From Prorocentrum cordatum (taxonomy: Eukaryota), in contig CAUYUJ010000002.1 of assembly GCA_963575745.1 (NCBI GenBank), forward strand, positions 1,240,001 through 1,304,000: 64,000 nucleotides of DNA. The letters run 5' to 3'. The notes under the pieces were generated by a model. That model saw only the letters and a program-made list of their open reading frames with translations. It was not told where the DNA came from and did no database searches. How positions within the stretch are numbered: position 1 is the stretch's first letter; each line of letters begins with the position of its first letter. The position numbers and the translations under genes were made by a program. Positions 13,366 to 26,726 of the stretch are shown here, piece after piece.

Positions 13366-13838
13366 GGAGGAGGAGGAGGAGGAGGAGGAGGAGGAGGAGG
13401 AGGAGGAGGAGGAGGAGGAGGAGGAGGAGGAGGAGGGCGACGAGGGGACGGACGAAGAAAGGCGGTTCACCGCCCCCAAAAGTGGATGCCTCCACTCTGG
13501 CCTCTGAGCGATGCCCTGCATAAGCCAGGAGGCCAGAGTCGAGGAATCGACCAGGGCTGGACCATTCAGTAAACGATGAAGGTCAATATGTTCCCTTAGT
13601 ATATTTAATATAAAGGTCAATGATTATCCTCGGTTGCCGGGCATTCATCCCCAGAGAAGCTTGCTGGAAATGAGGGCGCGTTCCGCAGGCGTTTTCCGAG
13701 ACGTTCCAGTACGTGGGCTGCAGCGCTTCCTGGGCTCGCGCGCAACTCCTAGGCAGCTCTTGGGCAGCGTTTCCTGATCCAGGCGAGGACGACGATCGCG
13801 ATTGGGGGGGGCGTCCCCGCCGCCGCCGCCGCGGGGGC

Positions 13839-13880
13839 CTCCATGTCCCAGCGGATGCTGTCCAGCCGGGCCTCCAGCTC
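13839..13880 (-). CDS. SET-domain protein, exon 12 (ELEARLDSIRWDME)
   Basis: CCCCAG|G acceptor, GAG|GC donor, strong GC3 bias. Confidence 0.75.
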
Positions 13881-14439
13881 CTGGGGACTGCCCCGCCAGG
13901 CTGCAGGAAGGTGGCTCTCCCCTCTGAGCTCTCGCTCCACCCGCCCCCATCCAACGCACGACCAACATCAAACTAGAACGCTTACCACCTCGGCCAGACT
14001 TAGCGGAGCCTCGTGTTCCTCCTACTCTCCTCCTCCACCGCCTTGATCTTTCCCTTCTCCTCCTATTCCTCCTCCTCCTCCTTCATATCCTCCTCCTCCT
14101 CCCCTTCCTCCTCCGACTGCTCCTCTTCCTCCTCCTCCTCCTCCTCCGTTTCCCCCTCATCCTCTGCCTCCTCCTCCTCCTCCTCCCGTTCTCGCCGGCC
14201 TTCCCTATCTCGTCCTCCCCCGCCCCTCGCTGATCCCTCCGCCGTCCTCCAAGTGATTGTGCTGCTGCCTCTGCTCCTGCTGCTGCTTCTCCTCCCTCCT
14301 CTTCTTCCTCCTCCTCCTCCTCTTCCTCCTTCTCCTCCTCCCCCTCCCTGCTCTTACTCCTCCCCCCTCCCGATCCGCCTCCTCCCCGCCATTGTACCTT
14401 CCACTCTCCTTCCTCCAGCTCAGGTCCATCCCCGTCCTC

Positions 14440-14706
14440 CTCGTCCTCCTCCCCATCCTCATCCTGAACAACAGAATCGCCATCACACACCATCACCAAA
14501 CAATGATCGATGAACACCACACCTATCAGACTCAACCAGCACAACCATCGCCTGTATCATTACCATCATCGTCATCACACTCATCCAACACCATCGGCCA
14601 CAACGAACAACCACATCTACAACATGAACACGATCATCATGGCCATTGCGATCACTTTCCTTCATTTGCCGTTATCACTACCACGAGCGTCATCGCCCTT
14701 ACTATA

Positions 14707-14759
<53 letters not shown>

Positions 14760-14760
14760 G

Positions 14761-14795
<35 letters not shown>

Positions 14796-14963
14796 ACGTC
14801 AAGATCGTGATCACATCCAATACCAAACATATCACCATTACCATCACCACCATCACCACCAACACCGTCATCACCACAGACATCACACTTCCCATACATC
14901 AGCGTCAGGATCGTTGTCATGTCCAAAACCAATAATATCACAATAACCAGCACTGTCATCATT

Positions 14964-15024
<61 letters not shown>

Positions 15025-15320
15025 GCATCAGCATCAGCATCATCATCATCATCGTCAGCATCAGCATCTGCAGCACTGTCATCACCATTATCACGATCAT
15101 CATCACCATCACGATCATCATCATCACCATCATCACACTGAGCATCATAGGCGTCATCATCAGCATCATCATCATCATAATCATCACCATCATTAGCATC
15201 ATATATATAGCTATCGTTCTATCACCATCATCGGCATCGTCATCATAATCATTAGCAACACTATCGTCATCAACACCACCATGTCGTCGTCATCGTCGTC
15301 ATCATCGTCACCGTCACCGT
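14440..15320. repeat. (CAT)n microsatellite
   Basis: Direct inspection. Others at 24940-25030, 45890-46190, 50505-51500, 52880-53300 and 60020-60800. Confidence 0.95.
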
Positions 15321-15496
15321 GGCAGCGAACGGCATCCTGGGCTGAATCTGGAATCGTCTGGCTCTTGAGGTCCCATCTATCGGGCTGCATAACCCTTACT
15401 GCTTCTTGCGAAGATCTCCGAGACGTTGCCTCCTAAAATGTGAATGCGAAGTAAGCGAGGAAGAAGAAACGACGGGCCATACGCACGATGCCATAG

Positions 15497-15620
15497 TAGG
15501 ACAAATAAAAGTAGTCGAAACATGCCCCCGACATAATCAAAGATAGTCAAAACAATCGTCCCCAGCCTATTGTGAGACTATTCTTGAATATCCCCCTGTA
15601 GAGGGACAAGCCCGACTTAA
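15497..15620 (+). mobile_element. MITE family 1, left-truncated copy (others at 3145-3187 and 49280-49387; reversed end at 63050-63083)
   Basis: Right TIR plus core homologous to 26255-26378. Confidence 0.8.
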
Positions 15621-15980
15621 TGCCATAGCGACCTGACGTGGCGACGTACACGGGCCAGCAGCGCGGCACGATGCATCGGAGACGAGGGCGCGCTCGCGCG
15701 ACTCTACGCGGGCCACTTGCGCGTGAACGTCGCAAACTCGGGCCCGTTGTCCTGCATCGACAATGTCTTCAAATCGATGAGGCACCAGGGAGCACAGCAG
15801 GTCCTTGTCGTTCGGACTTCGGCGTTGGTTTCCGACACCACAGGGATCGTTCAACCTTGAACGATTGGCCATTTGCGAAATGTCAGATCGTCCAACACCG
15901 ACCGATACTGGAACGCTGGCGGCGTTCAACATTGAGCGCCGACGCCTGGCGAACATACCGCAGGCGACACCGCCGGGCTC

Positions 15981-16044
15981 CTTGCGGCGGCGCCCCCCTT
16001 CTCGGCTAGCCGCCAGCGCGGCCTTCGCCTCCCGGAGCTCCCGC
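15981..16044 (-). CDS. SET-domain protein, exon 11 (RELREAKAALAASREGGRRRK), coiled-coil-like
   Basis: AG|G acceptor, AAG|GA donor, phase-compatible, helical composition. Confidence 0.75.
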
Positions 16045-17349
16045 CTCTGAGGGGGGGGGGCGAAGGCCTCTCCTCTCTCATCACTGCCCTTCGTCATCGA
16101 CGTCCTGCCTTTCGATCCTCAAACGAAACCCGACCGTCGGTGCGGCCTCGATCCTCGATCTTCGAAATCTCGATCGTCACCCTCGTCCTTCATCATCATC
16201 CACGTCGTCGTCATCATCGTCAAAACCGTCAACGTCGTCGCCGATCGCCGTCGTCATCAACACCAACGTTGTCATCGTCATCACCATTGTCGTCATAACT
16301 ATGTTCACAATATTCGTCACAACCGTCGTCCTCGTCAAAATCGTTGTCGGGATTCATAAGGCTTCGCGGCTTGGTGATCTCCGCGACTCTCTACCAAGAA
16401 AGCTTTGGACGATCATCAGTACTGATATCGTCAATACCAGCATGGTCGATTTAGGCGTCGACGCCAATATCATCACCGTCATCATCATCACCATCATCAT
16501 CACCATCAGCATCATCATCGGCACCATCATGATCATCATCACCATCATCGTTTTCATCTTCATCAAATTCGTTTCCACCCTTGTCGTCGTCATCTTCATC
16601 GCCATTGCCATTGTCGACGGACATCGTCACCGCGGCCTACTTTGGGTGGGCCGAAGCATGAGCGAATCTGTTTTGGGGAATGCGGTCATCGCCGATGAGC
16701 GTCTTCAGGAATTGCACGCGGCTGCTATGTGTTCCTTGGCGCGCGGGAGCTGCAGAAGCGCGTTGCCTCATGACCCGCGTCCCTTCTTCATGGAGGAAGA
16801 TCCATGCCTACGAACCCCGAAAAGGGGATCGCAACTGATGCGCAAACACAAGAAGCCCTAACGCTTCGGTGCCAACCAATGCCACCAGGTACCTGCAGTG
16901 CACCCGTGTGCACTTCGAATCGCCGCGCCGACGAAATCTTCAAATTCGAAACACCGTGTCGCTGCGGGGCTGAAACACAGGCGTTGCAGCACATTTTCCA
17001 AAGTACACGCATAGACACGACTGCCCTGCAGTTCGAAACAAGTCTTGTAGCAGAGTAGTGAGCAAGCCACTTGTAATGCACCAAAAAACTATCACAACTG
17101 CCAAACATTCCATCAGCGTCCGCTTTGGGGATGATGAAACCAATCGCGCACTAAGGTTTGAAACATACCACCCAAATATTCAACACGCTTTTCAGACACT
17201 TGAAACGGGCCGATTCCTATCGCTACCCTCGGAACGATTCGTGCAAATTGCAGGATGTATGTAGACAATACCTGCAGTGGTTCACCCGCCGCGCCTGTGA
17301 AACAGGATGCTCTTTGCGCCGCACTAAAACGTCGATAATTTGAGCTTGG

Positions 17350-18420
17350 TGGGTCTGATATTTCTTCCCACAGTCGATGGACCATCTGAGCTTCAATTCC
17401 GCCCCAACGCAATCAGCAAGTATTTCATGCATCGCAGCGCCCAGGGACCCAGATAACACCAACGGGCCTCTTATGCATCACGCCACCCACGCTCAAGAGA
17501 CGACTATAACTTTGCGGTTTTGAGATGGGGCCGTTGGTAAGCTGGCTCGCGCGATCGCGGGCAGGCAGGACCCGCAAGTATTGTTTCCAAGACGCATTGC
17601 TGAACAGGTCTGTCATCGAACCAGATGCATGGCCATCTCTGCTAGCGCAGCACACCCGACGTTGGTCTTTCGAACTGCAGCGAGACAGCGCAACTCGTTC
17701 GAGAAACATGCAAAAACGCCTGCAACCGACCAGATAGCAGTGCGAAGCCAGCATCCACAACAACGCTGTCCTGCGAATTCATCTTGCGGGCTACCCTCAG
17801 CCCAGAACGTGCCATCATGTTTGGTGTCTGGGTGCCCCCCCCCCCCGCCCCAGCATCGACGGCACCCAATTGATGCGCCAGCGATGCCCGCATTTCATTT
17901 GTCCCGTCATCGTCGTCATTGCCACGAATAGGATTCGACGCCCCGATCCTGGTCGATCGAGTCGTTGCCAATACACACGAGCATATACTTCGCACAGATA
18001 CGGCCACGATTCAAACCTGCGTGTTCCTCGTAAATGCATTCCCGCTGCCGTGCAATATGAAGTGCGACGCGTTGTTACTTGGGTGCTCCAAGTGCAACCA
18101 TAGCAATGTGTCCCGAGGTCTTGGGTCGCCCCCGCGACTGCCGCCCCAGCGCTGAGACGGGTCAGCGCAGAGAAATCGTTTCAAGCATTGCAGGCATTGG
18201 TGTCGTAGCCTTCTGAACGGAGACGTGCATGTTCAGCCTGTCAACGGCGGGCGCCTCAGGATGCCGGGGCCTCGGCCAAGTTGATGTTTTGCAGAACTTT
18301 CGGAGCAGACGTCGTCGCATGGGGTGCGCGCCGACAGCGCCGAGTTCTGCCGCGCGCGTCGACTGTGGGCCCGTTTCGCCAGCTTTGATCGCGCACTCTG
18401 CAAGACACTTTAAATTTGGA
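17350..18420 (-). pseudogene. Decayed DNA-transposase-like ORF (CMC/Plavaka-like?)
   Basis: Ordered fragments RRLLRKFCKTSTWP, FILHGSGNAFTR (LHGDG-like), LLSGRLQAF, VCCAS...MTDLFSNASWK, with stops and frameshifts; GAAAC-rich repeats adjacent at 16900-17340. Family assignment is from memory only. Confidence 0.4.
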
Positions 18421-20034
18421 AGTGAAACATGCACTTGGCACTCCACTTCTACGCCATGTTCTGCACTCTGGCTCCTACTTTTCCTGGAAAGGCGCTTCGC
18501 AGAAAATTTGCAGAAACGACAACAAGTCGAAGTGAAGGTTGAGCGCAGCAAATGTAAACTTCGATCGAGCCAACGCGGGCAGGGCAAATGGTGATGACCA
18601 GCGGCGAAGGCGTTACAATGTCTTCTGGCATATGGAGTTACATGGTTTCGATGTTTCGTTTCAGGCCGTTCGTTGTTCTTTTCTGTGTCCATCCTCTTCC
18701 ACCTTCTCCTCCTGCGTTTCCCCCCCCCTTCTCCACCGCGTTTTCGCTCCTCCGTTTTCGTTGCGCGCGTGAAAACATGCCCCCTCTTTTCCCTCGTCCT
18801 TCAAAGGACATGCTGCGCATTCTGGCAATGGGCGCCAGGGAATGGGGGGCGTCGTTGGATTGCGGGGGAATCTCAACGTTCTCGCATCCAACATGTGCGC
18901 CGATCTGCACGATTGCGCACTCATGCGCGCACCGAGGCGCCGGCGCAGTGGAACTGATGGATGCCCTGCAGGCGCGGCCGAGATGCGAATTTGCGGTTGT
19001 GCTTCCAGTCGCACACAGCACGGATGCGATTTACTGCGCGCAGAAGTCACGGTACTTTTTCTCCTAGACAACCTCGCACTTCTCGATGTCAGCCCCGACC
19101 AGACTCGGCGTCGCAATTGTCTCCCATGCGCGATGCAATGCCGACTTCTGTTTCAGATTACCCCTCCTTGGTGGGTGGTCCCGCTCGCCTTCGCAACCGA
19201 CATCGCCTCCTTCATCCTGAGCAGCGTCGCCGCGATCGCCCCGCGCTTGCGATTCGCACCCAGCTGTCTATCAAATTCCAATCCCATTCCGGGTCCATCC
19301 TCGTATGCGCAAATGTTAGCCTCTATTGGATGTTCGGGTCGTCCTGTCCTCTGCGCGACTCGACGGCGCGTTCGCGGCGCGCTCCGCGCTGGGCCGTTCA
19401 TGGGCAGCGTCTCCCGCGGCCATCGCTTCGCGCGCGCGACGACCCTGCGCAGCACCCATAGCCATGGGGCCCGAGAGCTTTACAGTCACTCTGGCCACTA
19501 ATGGCCCAGCGTCAACGGGCGCGCCTGGGCTGCGCGCTGCCATCGGTAGTGCCACTCTGGATTCAGATTCCATTCCAGGCGGATTGGGACTAGGCTGCCA
19601 GGGTGCACTTCCCACGTTGTTCTCCATCCAGATTTAACTGCGGGCGCATCGCTTCCGCTGCCTGCGCTGGCGAGAGATGGCGCAACCTTCTGGGGCGCTG
19701 GCGATTCATTCTTGTTTTTTCATGCCAAAAAAACCATACATGCTCGGAAGTCGATGTCTCCATGTCGAGCGGAATCCCCAGGTGCACGATGCATCCCAAG
19801 CTCGGGCAGCGGCGCGCTGAACGTCTGCCCCCGGCCTCCCGCGGGCACTCTTGCCGCCGGCAACTGTCGCGCACCCGTCGAGGGGAACATATGCGATAGC
19901 CACTGGCCAAGAGCGAGCGAAGTCTGCTCCGAACGCTCGGGTCGCGTTAACTTCCACTCCCGCGCTGAGGTCGCGCGCGGTTTTAACGGGCATCCCAAGC
20001 GCTGCGCTGCAAAAGCGGTATGTTTCCTTTGTAG

Positions 20035-20185
20035 TTATACATGTACATACATATATATATATATATATGTACATATATGTACATATATATATACCCAAAT
20101 ATACATGTATATATATATATACACGTATTGTGATATACACATATATATATATGTGTATATATATATATATATATACATATACATG
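20035..20185. repeat. (TA)n microsatellite
   Basis: Direct inspection. Confidence 0.95.
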
Positions 20186-20424
20186 GGGGCAGTTCAAACT
20201 GCGCTTATCGCCATCGCTGTAGCGCACACAGCAGAATAATAATAATAATAAAACATGAACCACATATATATATAGACATAACTATATTAAGGGGAGAAAT
20301 ACCATAAATAGGTTGAATAAGAAAAACTAATAAAATAAACAAGCCACACATAAAAAGAGGCGGGGCAAACGGGGCCGCCGGGGGCGCCCCCGCGACCGCC
20401 CTGGCGCTCCGCGCCCAACATTAA

Positions 20425-21030
20425 ACATGTCAGCCTCGCCAGATGAACGGGAGACACGCGCCGCCCCGGATATTATAGGAGCCACTTGTTATTTTGGAGC
20501 TCTCAGAGGGCATTCAACCTCGCAAAAGCACGAAAAACGGGTGGCACAGGTCACCCCCGAAACCGCGCGAGAAGAACCATTTGTACATGTTGGGTTCTGG
20601 GCTGGGGGCCGACGCAAGGCCGCTCGGCCTCGCGAAAGAACAACGGGCGACACGTGGCGCGAGAAAAAAACAATTCTACATCGGGGATTCTGGGAGTCAA
20701 CACAAGGCCAGTCAGCCTCGCAAAAACAACCGGCGACACGCGTCTCCACCGAAACCGTAAGAAAGACAGAACAACACAGCAAGGTAAGTTTCGGAGTCCG
20801 GGGGCCAACATAAAGGCATTTTCACGCAACAAAGCGGGCAGCGCGCGTCGCCCCCAAAACCGCGAGAGAAAAAAAACAATGGTAAACTGAGGATTCCGGG
20901 GCCAACAGAAGGCCGTTCAATCTCACGAGCACGACGGGCGACGCGCGTCACCCCCGAGACCGCGCGAGCAGAGAACTGATGGTAGATTTGGTCTTCGGGG
21001 AGCCAACATAAGGCCATTCAGCCTCGCGCC
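20425..21030. repeat. Degenerate minisatellite, ~100 bp x ~6
   Basis: Recurring CAGCCTCGC...ACGGGCGACAC...CCCCGAAACCGCG...GGGGCCAACA.AAGGCC. Confidence 0.8.
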
Positions 21031-22999
21031 GCGCGCCAGAACTGGATGCCGCCGCGAGCGCGCGCGGTCGCGCGCGCGCGTGCGCGCAATGTCCCAGCAA
21101 GACGAACATGACCTGCTGGTCGACCGATGTGGCCCGCGAATCTGCTGCGCAACTGCGCGCGTGCAGTTCAAAGCCCACATGCCAATGCACGCGCGTGCGC
21201 GCGCGTGTGCACGCGCGTTCGCGCGGACTTACATGCGCGCATATATCAATCGCACCGTTCGGCCCCCGTGGGATCTGTTCAGGGGGGCTGGCAAATTAAC
21301 TGTTTGGCCGCGCGAACTACTGGCAGCCGGGGCCCCCAGGGGTGTGTGTTTTTGACGAATGTTGAACGTTGAAAATTCCCCAGTCAATGATTGCACAGAA
21401 GGGGCCCTTGCGGAGGTTGAAGGATTGTGCGAAAAATGCCTGCCGATTTTGGTCGCACGCTGGGCTCCCAATTGGCGGTTCCGGGCCCCCGGGCCCCTGG
21501 GCCGATGTCGGGGGGCGGCGAGGTCCCCAGGTTCCAATGTTCCCGGGTTCCTGGTCGATCTTTTACAATCGATCTCGCAATCGATCTCACTAAAGATCGC
21601 AAGAGCAATCTCGCGAACGATCTCCCCAACGATCTCATTGAATCGGTGTCGCTCTCGGTCTCGCAATCGACCTCGCAATCGTCCTCTATCGATTCCACGA
21701 TCGATCTCATTATCGATCTCACAATCGATCTCCATATCCACATGACTAATCTTGAAATCATCCATTGGCTGGGTTTGCCCAAGTGTAATCATTAGTATGT
21801 GTGTCCAGCGAGCAGAATAATATCGCGCGATGCAATCCTATGGGAGCGAAGCTCGGCCCCGACTAAGCCTGGCGCCACGGGCGTGAATGGCGATGATTGG
21901 GTTTCCACACACACACACACACCCCGCTGTCTCTTCTTGCCCCGCATAGCCGCAGGCGCGCAGGTAGTCGACCGAGATCGCCGGCATCCAATGTCTCGCC
22001 GACCGCGACCTCCTGCCGCGAGACCCCCATCCCGGCCCGTTCCCTTCACCAGAATGGGGGCGCGAGCTTCGGCGTGGCAATTGGGTTTTAGCGTGCCGCA
22101 CTCTACATTGATCGCTCTCAGATCATGCGAGAGCCCCCTGAACCACCTCGGCCCCCTCTCCAACGAACGCCCCCCCCTTCTCGCTCCAAATCGCCGCCCC
22201 CGCCCTCGCCCTCGAGGGCGCATGCCGAATGAAGGGCCCGCGGGCCCGGTCAGACTCAGTTGAACGCATCGGCCATCAGAGTTCCGCGCCTGGGGCACAA
22301 CGCCCCGGCACCTCTCCTAGAAAGCGCCCCCCGCATTTCTCGCCCACTTTCTGTTGGGGCCCAGATGGCGGGCAGGAAAACGCACTGTTTCGCAGGGGTC
22401 GTCGTCTCTCGCCCTGTCGCCGCGCGCTCGAGGTAAATGCGCACGTGCCCATCGCCGCCGCAATCAAATATCGCGCGACCCCTCCGCTTCGGCCACCTCG
22501 CGAGCAGGCCGCAATCTTCATTGACGCCCCCTTCCTGGACCGGCGCGCTGAACGCGGGCCCACCGCCGCCTTCTTTCTGCCGTGGCCCCTTCCCGATGAC
22601 CGACCCAGCGGCTGCGCAGCAATGCGCGCCGCTCTCGGAAGCCCGACGGCGCCCCGGGCCCCTCGGCCCACGGCAGCCGCGATTGTTTCCACGCCGCTCC
22701 CCCGGCCCCACGCGGGGACTTCATTCACTTCCTCGCGGCGTCATTCCATCGGCGCACATGCCGCCGCGGCGCGTCGCCGCACCTGACATTTTACCTGCCC
22801 GATGCACTCCGCAATTCGGTGATCCGCGTCGGTGCCATGGTCGCAGTTAAAGCAGCGCTCGCAGGTTGCATACTTGTCCAGGACCCCCAACCTTGCCTCC
22901 CCGTTCCCCCCCCCTCCTCGCCCGGCACTGCGCACTCGATTCCTCCGCCCATGCAACCTGCCCCAATGGCTCGGGGTCATCTTCGGCTCCACGTCTGGA

Positions 23000-24570
23000 A
23001 GAAACCTCGCCCATCTCGAGACGGTGGCACCCCGGCCTCGGTAGAAATTGCCCCGCCAGTTGCGCTCGCTCCCCTGTGCCCCCTGACCTCCCTTGGCCCG
23101 GGGCATCGCGCCGGCGTTCTTGGGGCGGCGGGCTCTCCGCGTCGGGGGCGCCCCTTCTGAATGATCGGCGTAATTCCCCACTGCGAATTGGCCCCCGCGG
23201 CGCCCGCGCGGCGGGCCCCTCTGTAGGCGCCCCCGCCGCGACCCCGGGGCAGCCCTTGGCGCCGCTCCTTCTCCTGTTGCGTTTCCTTTGGTGGCGCGTG
23301 TCCAGGGCAATGCGCCCGCGCCTTCCACGCCTGTGACACGTGGGCCCTTCGCTCTTGCAATTCCCCGCGCAAGCCGCGCCCTCGCTGCCGTTCCCAGCCG
23401 CGTTTTCCACGCGCCAAGGCCGCCAGTTACACGCCTCGTCAGAATGTCCGGCGCCGTCGCCATCGAGGCTCTCATTCCCGCCGTCGCCATCGCAAACCTG
23501 GCCAATGTCCATTGCGTCGGCGTTTTTTTCGTAGATGCGTCTGGCTCTTTCTTCCTTGCCCACCAATCGCGCTAAATGAAAGGCGTTTTGTATGTGCTGA
23601 CGTTCAACGACTCTGGGGCGTTGGGGGGGGGGAATGCGACGCCAATCTTCGCACCGACTACGTGCATGGGACACTATGCTCGTCAAGGCTTCAGGGCCAT
23701 ACTTGTCCAGGGACTCTACTGTCACACTCTAGTGATTCAGATGCAGCAGCGTCCACGTTCATCTCATACGATCTTACACCACTGGTGGTCGCAAGGTACC
23801 ACTTGCATTTTACGTTGGTAGGCATCGACTCGCTTCCTTCCTGTAAGCCCTTGGGATTCCCCCGCCAAAATACATGGGAGGCCCTCGTCTAACTTAAAGG
23901 AGCCTCCTTCGTCTTACTCCTTTTCTCTTGCCTCATCATCTTCATTGTCCTTGATGTCTGTCGCCTTGGTGCACTTGTTCAGTGGTAACCTCCCACCCAT
24001 GATCCTTATCAGGTCGTTCTCCTCGTCATGTGGAAATGCCCCATCCAAGGCCTTGACCATGTTGACCCATTTCCTTTCTACAAATAACACTGCTCCAAGT
24101 GAACGAGCGCATTCAAAAGTTGTTTTGTTAAGTTCCCCGAGCTTGCCCCTGTCACATGGGCAAGGTATTAATTGTTGGGCAACGATGCGTTCGTTGACGG
24201 GTTTGTGTCCGCCTCCGCCTGCCCTGGCGCTTCCTGCTAACCGGAATGTCTCAGTAAGAGTGGTAGCATGAGCCAAGGAGCTCAACGGAGGCTTGCACTA
24301 TTTCTTCACATCCCATGCCATTTTTTAAACAACTCATCGCAGTATATGCTGCGACTGATAACTGAATTTAGGAAATCATGCGATTTGTAGTTCGCCTGAA
24401 ACTTTGTGAACGTTTCCTCGTTGTTATCATAACTGGTGCCCTGTGTAGCAGTGCGCCTGGAAAGTAACTGTATGATTTCACAATTGCCTTGTGAGGGTCG
24501 TGCTATCGTACGTGGCATGTCCGTTCTCGCAGCTGGCATTATACAGTCAGTGAATGAATTCGTGCTCAAA
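23000..24570 (-). pseudogene. Decayed LTR-retrotransposon gag
   Basis: DAMDIG motif followed by a degenerate CCHC knuckle (TCHRRGRRGRIALD); upstream lower-GC helical ORF fragments. Confidence 0.55.
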
Positions 24571-24938
24571 AAGTACCACGCCTCTCGGAATTCGGGAAAT
24601 CAGCGAAATCTAGGTCGGTTACGCCATGGTTCGCTGGTCCCGTGGCGGTGCCCGTTGCGGCCAATGCTGGAAGTGAAGTGCTTCGCGGAATCAGCTGCGC
24701 GCGTTGGAACACGTGGGGCGAACCACGGGCCCGCTACCATGAACATGTGATGGGGCACTTGTTTCCCTGGAGGTAGATTGACATTGAACCTAACAGCGGC
24801 GGACGGATGATGTTAACAAATCGTACCTTGCGGCTGTAATTCTGCTCACCCTGTCGGGACGTTAAAATCAATACGTCCTGCTCCTGCTCCTGCTGCTGCT
24901 CCTTTTCCTACTCCTCCTCCTCATAGTCCTCCTCCTGC

Positions 24939-24992
<54 letters not shown>

Positions 24993-24993
24993 A

Positions 24994-25031
<38 letters not shown>

Positions 25032-25581
25032 CCCTCCCCCTCCTCCTCCTCCTCCTCCGCGTCCTCCGTGTCCTCCTCGTCCTCGTCCTCGTCCTCGTCC
25101 TCCTCCTCCTCCTCCCTCGTTCAGCACCCTCCCTCCTCTCCCACTCCCATTCCCTCCTCTGTTCCTCCACTCGTCCGACCCAGGTGCATTCGCCCTCCGC
25201 TTGTTCCTCCCGCCCTCCTCCCTGCCCCAGCATTTCCTGACCACCGCTCGCTGCCCCCGAAAGGCAAGGAATACATTCAATCATTGTACGCGAGTTGTCG
25301 TTCCGCGGCGGATTGGCTTCATCAAACGGTCAAGCAAGCGGCGGGGGCACATCCGTTGAGACTTGAAACGCAGGGGCGAAGGGCGAGGAGAAGGAAAGCA
25401 AGCGGACGACCGGAGAACCCTCAGATCGCGTAGACCAGCAGGATGTGCCGAGGACCATCGATCACCATTGCATACATACACACACACACACACGCACACG
25501 CTGTCGTTCTCGCTCTCGCTGTCTCCGTTCGATGCCTCCCGTCTCCGTCCTTCTCGGAGCCCCGGAAGCCGCACTGGCCGC

Positions 25582-25652
25582 CTCAGCTCCTGTGACCGCT
25601 GTTGGTACCTCGCGCCCTCGAAGTAGCTCGGCCCGTAGTTGATCAGCAACTC
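25582..25652 (-). CDS. SET-domain protein, exon 10 (ELLINYGPSYFEGARYQQRSQEL-R)
   Basis: GE|ELLINYG matches the SET C-terminal ELxxxY signature. The donor was chosen by phase with exon 11. Confidence 0.9.
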
Positions 25653-26217
25653 CTCGCCGGCCCCTCTACGAAGACCCAGCGGCGGTTTCCCGGCATGGGG
25701 GGAGTCGGTCTCCAGGGCGAGAGGACAGAAGGCCACAACATACCCCGCTCCCTTCCCTTCCTTCCCTTCCTTCCTGGGAGCGCGGAGGGGGGGAGGAATT
25801 GGTCCAAGGGATGCAGGCTGATGGGGAGGGCAGGGTAGGCGCAGTCCCAGGCCCGGCGAGGGCACCGGGGGGCAGAAAGTTGCCAAAGTCAGCTCGTCGT
25901 GCTGTTTGACGAGAGGAGGCGGGATTCTCTTCCAAAGAACCAGCCCCGAACCTCTCCAGGGGTGAATTCTGGCCAGAAGTTCGGATCGATCCTCGAGCCT
26001 CGAGTCCGGGTCCTCGAACCTCGATCCTTGATCCTCCTCTCTGCCCCGAACCTCCTCGATCTTACTCGACCTCGAGCCTCGAGTCTGGATCCTCGATCCT
26101 GGATCCTTGATCCTCCTCTCTGCCCCGAACCTCCTCGATCATATTCGATCTTCCATTCTCGATACTTCGACCCTCCGAGCCTCGATCCTCGAACCTCCTT
26201 TCTGCCTCCAGGCAGGG

Positions 26218-26378
26218 TCAGGTCGGGCGTGCCCTTCTACAGGCGGACTTTGGAGGACAAATGAATAGTAGTCAAACAAATAATCAAACATAGTCAAACA
26301 ACAGTCGAAGATTCGACCCCAGACTAGTTCTGGACTGCTTTTGAATGTCCCTCCTGTAGAGGGACACGCCCGACTTAA
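26218..26378 (+). mobile_element. MITE family 1 (~150-160 bp; TIR GGTCGGGCATGTCCTCCTACAGG...CCTGTAGAGGGACAGGCCCGACTT)
   Basis: Imperfect ~25-bp TIRs around an AT-rich core; multiple copies in the window. Confidence 0.85.
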
Positions 26379-26654
26379 AAGAGAAGAAGGGAGCATCACA
26401 TGAACATAAACTGGATCCGCAGTGGACTCCCCTCCCTGGCGCGCGGAGCGCGCCAGGGGCGGCGCTGGAGGCGCCGCCGCGGGGGCCCAGTGCGGATCCC
26501 AGAAATCCGCGCGGAGCGCCAAAAATTTGTGTTTACAGCGCGGATCCAAGAAATCATCCGCGCGGAGCGCCCAAAGTTCGTGCTCATGTTGTTGCTCCCC
26601 CTTCGGTGAAGGGCAGGGCGAAGAGACACAGCACGGCGTGCCGGGGGCCCCCGC

Positions 26655-26726
26655 CTCGCCAGCCGCCACCCTCCGCGTCGTGACGTAGTAAATGTTGGCG
26701 CCCCTCTGCCGGGACTTCACGTTGAC
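26655..26726 (-). CDS. SET-domain protein, exon 9 (VNVKSRQRGANIYYVTTRRVAAGE)
   Basis: SET N(V)...I...R.(I/V)..GE motif; phase 0/0; GAG|GC donor. Confidence 0.9.

Noticed and set aside
15800..15900. RLNDP peptide (also at ~58935) as the missing SET RxxN exon
   Set aside because: Wrong position in the exon order, an adjacent in-frame stop in the 58.9-kb copy, and explained by a hairpin repeat.
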